Positions 37,720 to 45,400 of a stretch of DNA of 64,000 bases are shown piece by piece. The notes beneath the pieces are model-generated. The model was not told the origin of the DNA, searched no databases, and was given only the letters and a program-made list of their open reading frames with translations. A program made the position numbers and the translations under genes. The stretch comes from Planctomycetota bacterium. Its GTDB lineage: Bacteria > Planctomycetota > UBA8108 > SXIK01. Within the stretch, counting starts at the first letter, position 1. Each line of letters begins with the position of its first letter. The stretch lies in the NCBI GenBank assembly GCA_965223845.1, contig CBDCXR010000004.1, positions 576,001-640,000 of the forward strand, in the 5' to 3' direction.

Positions 37720-39798
37720 GCGACGTCGCTCAGTCGCTACGAGGAGACTTGGGAAGCGATCAACCGGATGATCCGCCGGGGCGGCTCGTGGTCCGGTCTC
37801 GAGCGCAACTGCTTCTTCGCGCGCAGTGACGACGGCGGTTTCCTCAACGTGTCGGGGGCGTCGGGGCTCGACGTGCTCCAGGACGGGCGCGCGGTTTGCG
37901 TGTTCGATTACGACCGTGACGGCGATCCGGATCTCGTGCTCAAGAGCCGCGATGCGCCGCAGCTTCGACTCTGGCGGAACGAAACGAACGCGGCGGAGCG
38001 ATGGCTCTCGATTCGACTCGAGGGCGCGGGCGCCGGCCGATCGAATCGATCGGCGATCGGTGCGCGCGTCGAGGCCCGATCCGCCGGGCGCGTCCAGGTA
38101 CAGGAAGTTCGCGCGGGCTCCGGCTTTCTATCCCAGAATTCGAAGACGCTTCGATTCGGCGGCGGCGATGCTCGAGCGTTCGCGCTCACCGTCCGCTGGC
38201 CGAGCGGAGAGACGCAGCGATTCGACGATGTCTCGACCGGTCGCGCCTACATCCTCCGCGAAGGGAAGGCGCTCTCGGAGGACCGCCGCGTTGAGCTCCC
38301 CGGGGCACGCGGCGATGCTGCGCTCGTCGGCGGAGCCGCGGAGGACGCTTCCCGCGGCGAGGGGGCCGATGAGGTCGATTCCGGGCGTGCGGCTCGAGCG
38401 GCGCGTGCGGAGTCGGAAACCGTCCTCGTCGAACCCCTCGCCGTGCCGCCCGTCGAGCTGCGTCGCGCCGACGGCGGTCCGTTTCGCTTCGACTCTCTCC
38501 GCGGCGAGTGGACGGTCCTTACCCTTTGGTCCGAAACCTGTGCCGCATGTCTCGCCGAGTTTGCCGAGTGGCGCGCGGCGCGCGACGTGGACTCCGCCGT
38601 TCGCTGGGTCGCGCTCTCGCGCTGGCCCGAGGACGGCGAGAACTCGCTCGCGATCGCGGCTCGGCGTGCCGAGCGCGCGCAATCCTACGGCGCTGAGCCC
38701 CTTTTTGTCTCGGAGAGGTCACTTCTGATCTTCGCGATTCTCTTCGAGGAGGTCGCGCGCTGGCCGCGCGACCTCGCGTTGCCGTCGAGTGTGCTCATCG
38801 ACCCCAACGGAAACCTCGTCCGACTCTACCGCGGTCGGGTTCCGTGGCCCGTTCTAGCGGCGGCGGTCGCCGAAGAGCAGCGTCCGGGGTGGGACCGGAT
38901 CGCCGGCGCGCTTCCTTTTCCCGGCCGCTACTTCGCGACATCGCTCCGCCGGAGCTATTTTCAACTCGGGGTACAGCTCGTCGAAGCTGGACTCGACGAA
39001 GCCCGCTGGGCGTTTGGACTCGCGCTCGATCGCCGTCCCGGCGATGTCGACACGCTCTACAACCTCGCTGTGATTCTTCAAGAGAGCGGCGAAGACGCAC
39101 GCGCGCTCGAGCTCTACGACGAGATCGTCCGCCTGCGGCGCGATTTCGTCGACGCCTGGGTGAATCGCGGCGTGCTTCTGGCGGAGTCCGAGCAATTCGA
39201 GGCCGCGCTCGCGTCGTTCTCCGAGGCGATCGCGCGGCGACCCGACCACGCCGAGGCGCGCGTCAACGCGGGAAACGTGTATCTCCGCCTTGGGCGAGTC
39301 GAAGACGCGCTCGCCGCCTACCTGAAGGCGGTCGAGCTCGAGCCCGAGCTCGGCGGACTCCGCAAGAATCTCGGCTCGCTCTACCGGCGTCTCGGTGACT
39401 TGCCACGCGCGCTCGAGGCCTACCGCGCCGCCGTCGATCTCGACCCGCGCGACGGCGATGGCTGGAGCGTTCTCGGCGCGGTCCACGCGCAGATGGGCGA
39501 CCTCGAGCGCGCGGTCGTCGCGCTCGAACGGGCCGTCGAGGTCGACCCGCGCTCGGCCGGGGCGCGCAACAATCTCGCCCTCGTCTACCAAGGGCTCGGG
39601 CGAACGCGCGATGCGATTCGCGAGCTCGAGCGCGCGGTCGAGCTCGCACCGAGTTTACCGGCCGCGAGCGTCAACCTCGCGCGCGCCTACGCGCGTGAGG
39701 GTCGAGTCGCGCCGGCGCGGCGCGTGCTCGAGGCACTTCTCGAGAGGGTACCGGACCATCCCGCCGCGCGGCGACTCCTAGAGGGGCTGCCGCGTTGA
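37678..39798 (+). CDS. Last FG-GAP repeat + ASPIC/UnbV + CxxC redoxin + TPR array; C-terminal part of the probable UGA-recoded gene
   Basis: SFFWRQVV directly after the TGA; FDYDRDGDPDLV; SNRSAIGARV..GSGFLSQ..VRWPSG (ASPIC/UnbV); WSETCAAC; multiple TPRs. Confidence 0.85.
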   Translation, partial: SFFWRQVVPRATGRATSLSRYEETWEAINRMIRRGGSWSGLERNCFFARSDDGGFLNVSGASGLDVLQDGRAVCVFDYDRDGDPDLVLKSRDAPQLRLWRNETNAAERWLSIRLEGAGAGRSNRSAIGARVEARSAGRVQVQEVRAGSGFLSQNSKTLRFGGGDARAFALTVRWPSGETQRFDDVSTGRAYILREGKALSEDRRVELPGARGDAALVGGAAEDASRGEGADEVDSGRAARAARAESETVLVEPLAVPPVELRRADGGPFRFDSLRGEWTVLTLWSETCAACLAEFAEWRAARDVDSAVRWVALSRWPEDGENSLAIAARRAERAQSYGAEPLFVSERSLLIFAILFEEVARWPRDLALPSSVLIDPNGNLVRLYRGRVPWPVLAAAVAEEQRPGWDRIAGALPFPGRYFATSLRRSYFQLGVQLVEAGLDEARWAFGLALDRRPGDVDTLYNLAVILQESGEDARALELYDEIVRLRRDFVDAWVNRGVLLAESEQFEAALASFSEAIARRPDHAEARVNAGNVYLRLGRVEDALAAYLKAVELEPELGGLRKNLGSLYRRLGDLPRALEAYRAAVDLDPRDGDGWSVLGAVHAQMGDLERAVVALERAVEVDPRSAGARNNLALVYQGLGRTRDAIRELERAVELAPSLPAASVNLARAYAREGRVAPARRVLEALLERVPDHPAARRLLEGLPR

Positions 39799-39827
39799 CG
39801 AGGCTTCCGCGCCGTGATCCGCTCGGC

Positions 39828-41105
39828 CTACTTCGGCGCGGCAGCGGTCTCGGAGAGGATCTCGTTGTCGAACGAGATTCCGACGAACCCGATCATCATC
39901 TCCTCCCAGGTCTGGTCGCCCCAGCGGACTTCCTGGTCGGGATTCGGATTGAACGGATTCTCCTTCGAGTTGTCGTACACCGCCGTGCACTTGATCACCC
40001 AATCACGCTTGGCGTCGATCGGAGTCGCTAGCTCGTAGGCGTGCTGCCAGTTGAAGTCGTACTCGGGAACATCGAGGACGATCTCCGAGCTGCCGTCCGG
40101 CCGGATGATCTCGTAACGAAAGCTCTTGCCGCGAAGGTGCATGTGCGGCTGGAAGCCGTAGATCGTCCCGGGGCGGCGAAACCGGTAGCTGGCCGTCGAC
40201 TCGTACGCGCTCGCACCCGGAGGGATGCGAAGCCGGTGATTCATGACTGCGCGGAGGCGCATGCGGCGCTTCGGCGGTTCCTTCGCGAAGATGAGTCCGA
40301 CCGAGGACTGATCGAACTCTTCCTTCCCGGTCGGCGTGTAGTGCAGCTGGAGGAGAAGCTGCGAACCCGCCTTGACGAACTTTGCGGCGCCGTCCGGGTA
40401 CACATCGGGAGGAGTACCGGGAGCCATTCCGCAGAGATGGTTCTGCCAAAGATTGCGAATGCGCTTTCCGGGCTCCTGCACGAAGACGAGGATGTGGTGA
40501 ACGACCGCGGGGTTTCCCGGTCTCGCCTCGCCCGCGACGATCCACTTGTCTTCCTTGAAGTTCGTCGGGATCGTGATGTACTGATAGCGAATCGTGCCTT
40601 CCGCCTTGACGCGGAATTTCTTCGGCATGGTGAACACCACGTCGGGCTCGCCGATCCGCCATCCTTTGACGAACTTTTTCGGCGGCGGCAGATCCTTTGG
40701 GTCTCCTTCGACGGCGCCGTCGTCGACCCACTTCACGATCGTGTCGATCTCTGCGCTCGAGAGACGCGGGTCGTTCTTGAACTTGCCGTAGGCCGGATTC
40801 GCTCCCCACGGCGGCATCGACTTGTCCGCCACGTACTTCTTGATCGACTTCGCCCACGGGCGCGCGTCTTCGAACGTGAGGAGAGACATCGGTGCGACTT
40901 CACCGTCTCGATGGCAATCCTGGCAGGCCTTCTGAAAGATCGGGGCGATGTCTTTCGCGAATGTGACCTTCTTCGGTGCCGCACTCACCGGCTCTGCCGG
41001 AGCGGCCTCGATTCGGAGGGACGCTCCGACGACCATCGCGCAGCAAATCGCCGCCGGCGCGGCAAACGACAGGGCGGGGGACAGATTCCCGATCATGCTT
41101 CTCAT
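39828..41105 (-). CDS. Exported heme-c (CxxCH) + type II copper monooxygenase (PHM/DBM-like) protein
   Basis: Signal peptide; CQDCH; MPPW; VVHH, LQLHY, PHMHLRG, YDFNWQ and TWEEMMIG. Confidence 0.8.
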   Translation of the reverse strand: MRSMIGNLSPALSFAAPAAICCAMVVGASLRIEAAPAEPVSAAPKKVTFAKDIAPIFQKACQDCHRDGEVAPMSLLTFEDARPWAKSIKKYVADKSMPPWGANPAYGKFKNDPRLSSAEIDTIVKWVDDGAVEGDPKDLPPPKKFVKGWRIGEPDVVFTMPKKFRVKAEGTIRYQYITIPTNFKEDKWIVAGEARPGNPAVVHHILVFVQEPGKRIRNLWQNHLCGMAPGTPPDVYPDGAAKFVKAGSQLLLQLHYTPTGKEEFDQSSVGLIFAKEPPKRRMRLRAVMNHRLRIPPGASAYESTASYRFRRPGTIYGFQPHMHLRGKSFRYEIIRPDGSSEIVLDVPEYDFNWQHAYELATPIDAKRDWVIKCTAVYDNSKENPFNPNPDQEVRWGDQTWEEMMIGFVGISFDNEILSETAAAPK

Positions 41106-41271
41106 AGTCCTTTGAGTCTCCTTTGGATTAGGATTCTCCGGTGCTTTAGATCCCGAGTCCACTCCGCGCTTGTCGGTTTTTGTCCGTTCTCGGGACGCGC
41201 ATGCGGCAATCGCCCGACGCTCGCGACGATTCGCGTGATGCACGGGCCGGAGACGAGTGAGGATTCGGTTC

Positions 41272-41607
41272 ATGACGACCCTGTTTCAAAAGATCATCGA
41301 CCGCGAAATCCCCGCGGACATCGTCTACGAGGATGATGACGCGCTCGCGTTTCGCGACATTCAGCCGCAGGCGCCGACGCACGTCCTCGTGATCCCGAAG
41401 AAGCCGATCGCGAAGATCGCCGACATGACGGAGGACGATCGCGCGATCCTCGGCCACGTTCTCTGGGTCGCCCGAACCGTCGCCGCGGAGGCGGGACTCG
41501 AGGACTACCGTCTCGTCATCAACAGCGGAGAAGGCGCCGGACAGACGGTGTTCCATCTTCACGTCCACGTCCTCGGCGGACGGCCGATGGCGTGGCCCCC
41601 GGGCTAG
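41272..41607 (+). CDS. hinT: HIT family nucleotide-binding protein (Hint)
   Basis: AFRDIQPQAPTHVLVIPK, GQTVFHLHVHVLGG, WPPG. Confidence 0.93.
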   Translation: MTTLFQKIIDREIPADIVYEDDDALAFRDIQPQAPTHVLVIPKKPIAKIADMTEDDRAILGHVLWVARTVAAEAGLEDYRLVINSGEGAGQTVFHLHVHVLGGRPMAWPPG

Positions 41608-41625
41608 GACCCCACTCGGCGGTGA

Positions 41626-42309
41626 TCAATCGGACCCCGGCTCGTTCGGGTCGGCCGGGCTGCCGTCACCGGCGGGCGCGCCCCCGGCGGCGATGTCGGC
41701 GGCGTCGCTCGCCTCGGCGAGCTCGCTCTCCTCTCGCGCGAATCGCCGGCGAAAGAGGGCGAGCGCGATCGTGTCGTAAGCCCAGTGAACGACGATCGGT
41801 ACGAAGAGGTTGTTCGTCTCGACGTAGAGCCACCCGAAATAGATTCCGATGAGTGTCGCGAGCGCGAAGTACGTTGCGGTGAGGGCGTGAAGGAGACCGA
41901 AGAGGATGCTCGCGAGGAGGATTCCGCGGTAGCCATCGCCGAGGAGGTCCTGGAGGACGCCGCGAAAGAGGATCTCTTCACCGATTCCCGCCGCGCCGGA
42001 GAGGAGAAGAATTTCGAGGGCGTTCATGCGCAAAATGCGCGGCCCCAAGACGTCCTTCAGTCGATCGTGGATCGCCCGGAGGGGCGGCAGACTCGACCCG
42101 ACCTTCGTCGTCGCGACGACGGCGAACAGCGCGGGTGGAATCGTCGCCGCGAGCCCGATCCCGAGTCCGTGAAGATCGAGGCGAAGCTCGAACGGGAACG
42201 GGTGCGATCGCGCGATCCAGCCGATAACGGCCGCGACCCCGACGAGCGAAAGCTCGAACAGAAAGCCGACCTTGAAGAGATCGACGCGGCGCTCGGGAGT
42301 GTCGTTCAT
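41626..42309 (-). CDS. CPBP (Abi/CAAX) family intramembrane metalloprotease
   Basis: GIGEEILFRG, LFGLLH, PIVVHWAYD; multi-TM. Confidence 0.88.
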   Translation of the reverse strand: MNDTPERRVDLFKVGFLFELSLVGVAAVIGWIARSHPFPFELRLDLHGLGIGLAATIPPALFAVVATTKVGSSLPPLRAIHDRLKDVLGPRILRMNALEILLLSGAAGIGEEILFRGVLQDLLGDGYRGILLASILFGLLHALTATYFALATLIGIYFGWLYVETNNLFVPIVVHWAYDTIALALFRRRFAREESELAEASDAADIAAGGAPAGDGSPADPNEPGSD

Positions 42310-42497
42310 GAAAGACTTGCGACTCTTCGTGGAAGGCGGAGATCATACCCCGCCCCGGAACGAGGAGCCAGAAGACGGCATCGCCTTGGCGCCGCGTCGA
42401 TCGTCCGGTTCGACTCGGTTCCGTGGCCGAGCGCCGTGACCCGGGCTTCCTCCGTCCCGACCGAGCTTCAACGATCCCCGAGTCGACCCCTCGCTTC

Positions 42498-45400
42498 ATG
42501 ATCTCGTCCAACCCCGGCCCGCGCGCGATTCGCCTTCGCGGAGTGCGTCAGAACAATTTGAAGAACGTCGACTGCGATCTGCCGCTCGGTCGACTGTCCG
42601 TCATCACCGGCGTCAGCGGCTCGGGGAAGTCCTCGCTCGCGTTCGACACGCTCTACGCCGAAGGGCAGCGGCGCTACCTCGAAACGTTTTCCGCGTACAC
42701 GCGGCAGTTCCTCGAACGCATTCCGCGACCCGACATGGACGAGATCGACGGCATTCCGCCGGCGGTCGCGATCGATCCGTACGGCGCGATCAAGACCTCG
42801 CGCTCGACCGTCGGAACGATGACGGGGGTCAACGACTATCTGAAGCTTCTCTTCGCGCGCGCGTCGACGGCGGTTTGCCCCGAGTGTGGGCGCGAGGTGG
42901 CACCGACCGGACGGGATGCCGTTCTCGCCGCGCTGGCGGACGAGTCCGCGCGCAGCTTCCCCGTCGTCGTCACGGCTCGGCTTTCGCTGCGCGGGTTCGA
43001 TGCGATCGAGGTCGTTCAGCGCGCGTTGACCGCTCAGGGGCTGCTCCGCTGCCGCACGGAATCCGGTGTCGTCCGGGTCGACGAGCTGAGCGCCGACGAC
43101 CTCTCGTCGGGCGAGCTCGACGTGGTCGTCGACCGCTGGGCGAGCGCTCGCGTCTCCCGTGCGCGGCGGGCCGAAGCCGTCGAGCGCGGATTGCGCCTCG
43201 GGGGCGGCGAGCTGCGCGTCTACCTCGCCTCCGGCGACTGCCGCGCGTTCTCCGAGCGGCTCGCGTGCCGCGAATGCGAGATCGACATCCTTCCGCCGTC
43301 GCCGGCGCTCTTCTCGTTCAACCATCCCTACGGCGCGTGCCGCGACTGCCGCGGCTTCGGGCGAGTGATCGAGCTCGACTGGAATCGCGTCGTCCCGGAT
43401 CCGCGTCTCTCTCTCGAGGCCGGTGCGGTGAAGCCGTGGGAGACGAAGCGCGGCCGGGGCGCGAAGCGACGTGCTCTCACCGCGCTTCGTGCTCTCGGAC
43501 TCGCGACGGACGTACCGTTCTCGGCGTATTCCGCCGCGGAACGAAAGCTCGTCCTCGAGGGCGATGGCTCCTTTTCCGGCGTGCGAGGCTTCTTTCGCCG
43601 ACTCGAGTCGAAGAAGTACAAGATGCACGTGCGCGTTTTCCTCGCGCGTTTTCGGGGCTACGAGGAGTGCCCGAAGTGCCGCGGCGGCCGCCTTCGACTC
43701 GGCGCGCTCGCGCACCGCGTCCGCGATCGGACCCTGCCGGAGATCTGGGCTCTTCCGATCCGCGATCTCCTCGAGGTCTTTCCGCGCGACTGGGTCGGAG
43801 CGCTCGCGCGGCCGGCGCGGCTCATCGGAGAGGAGATTCGTTCACGCCTCGAGTACCTGGACGCGGTCGGACTCGGGTACCTCTCTCTCGGGCGGCAGTC
43901 GCGCACTCTCTCCGGCGGCGAGGTGGAGCGCGTCAATCTGACCTCGGCGCTCGGCGCGTGTCTCGTCGATACGCTCTTCGTGCTCGACGAACCTTCGATC
44001 GGCCTCCACGCGCGCGACAACGATCGCCTCCTCGGGATCCTCCGCGCGGTACGCGACCGCGGGAACACGGTCGTCGTCGTCGAGCACGACCCGGCGCTCA
44101 TGAGCGCGGCGGAGTTTCTGGTCGATCTCGGACCGGGCTCGGGCGAGCGCGGCGGGGAAATCGTCGCTGCGGGGTCGGTCGAGCAGGTGATGGCGACGGC
44201 GAAGTCTCTCACCGGCGCTTATCTCCGCGGGGAAAAGTCCGTCGCGGCCGAGCGGACGCCCCGCCCGATCGGGAAGCAGGCGCTTCGCGTCCGCGGAGCC
44301 GAGGAGAACAACCTCGGCGGCGGAGCGCGCGGACTCGACATCGACGTTCCGCTCGGCGGGTGGACGGTCGTGAGCGGCGTGTCGGGATCCGGGAAGAGTA
44401 CGCTTCTCGAGAAGGTTCTCTGGCGCTCGTATCTCCACGAACGGGGCCGCGGCGACGACGGTCCGCCGCGCGTCCGATCGATTTCGGGCTTCGACCTCGT
44501 CGACGAAGTCGTCCTCGTCGATCAATCTCCGATCGGAAAGACGCCGCGCGGAAACCCGGCGACGTACACGAAGATCTTCGATCGGATCCGTGCGCTCTTC
44601 GCCGCGTCTCCGGCCGCGAAGCGAAACGGGTTCGAGGCGGGTCACTTCTCCTTCAACGTCGAGGGAGGACGCTGTCCGGAGTGCAGCGGCGCCGGCTACG
44701 AGCAGGTGGAGATGCAGTTTCTCTCCGACGTGACACTGGTCTGCGAGGCCTGCGCGGGGCGTCGGTTCCGCGACGCGGTCCTCGAGGTGCGAGTGGACGG
44801 TCGCAACGTCGCCGACGTCCTCGAGCTGACCATCGCAGAAGCGGCGAGTGTCTTCGAGCGCGAGCCGGGGCTCGCGGAGAGCCTCGATTTTCTCGCCGCT
44901 CTCGGGCTTGGATACCTGCGTCTCGGACAGCCGATCAACACGCTCTCGGGCGGGGAGGCGCAGCGGCTGAAGCTGGCCGGCCGGGTGCTCGCCGCGCGCC
45001 GCGAGCGGCTTCTCTTTCTCCTCGACGAGCCGACGACCGGTCTCCATCTGGACGACGTGCGCCGACTGATCGCCGTCTTCGACGAGCTCGTCGCGCGCGG
45101 GCACAGCCTCGTTGTGATCGAGCACCATCTCGATGTCATCGCCGCCGCGGACCACGTGATCGATCTCGGTCCGGAGGGCGGCGACGCCGGAGGTCGGCTC
45201 GTCGCGAGCGGCACGCCTCGCGACCTCGCGGCGAACTGGCGCGAGACCGGCTCGGTCACCGGCGACTGGCTCGAGCGGCACTTTGGCGGCGAGCTGGTGG
45301 CGAAGGATCCGCCGGCGCCGACCGCCAGGTCGAGCGATCTCCGTCCAGCCATTCGGGTCGTCGGTGCGCGCGAAAACAATCTGCGCGGAATCGACGTTTC

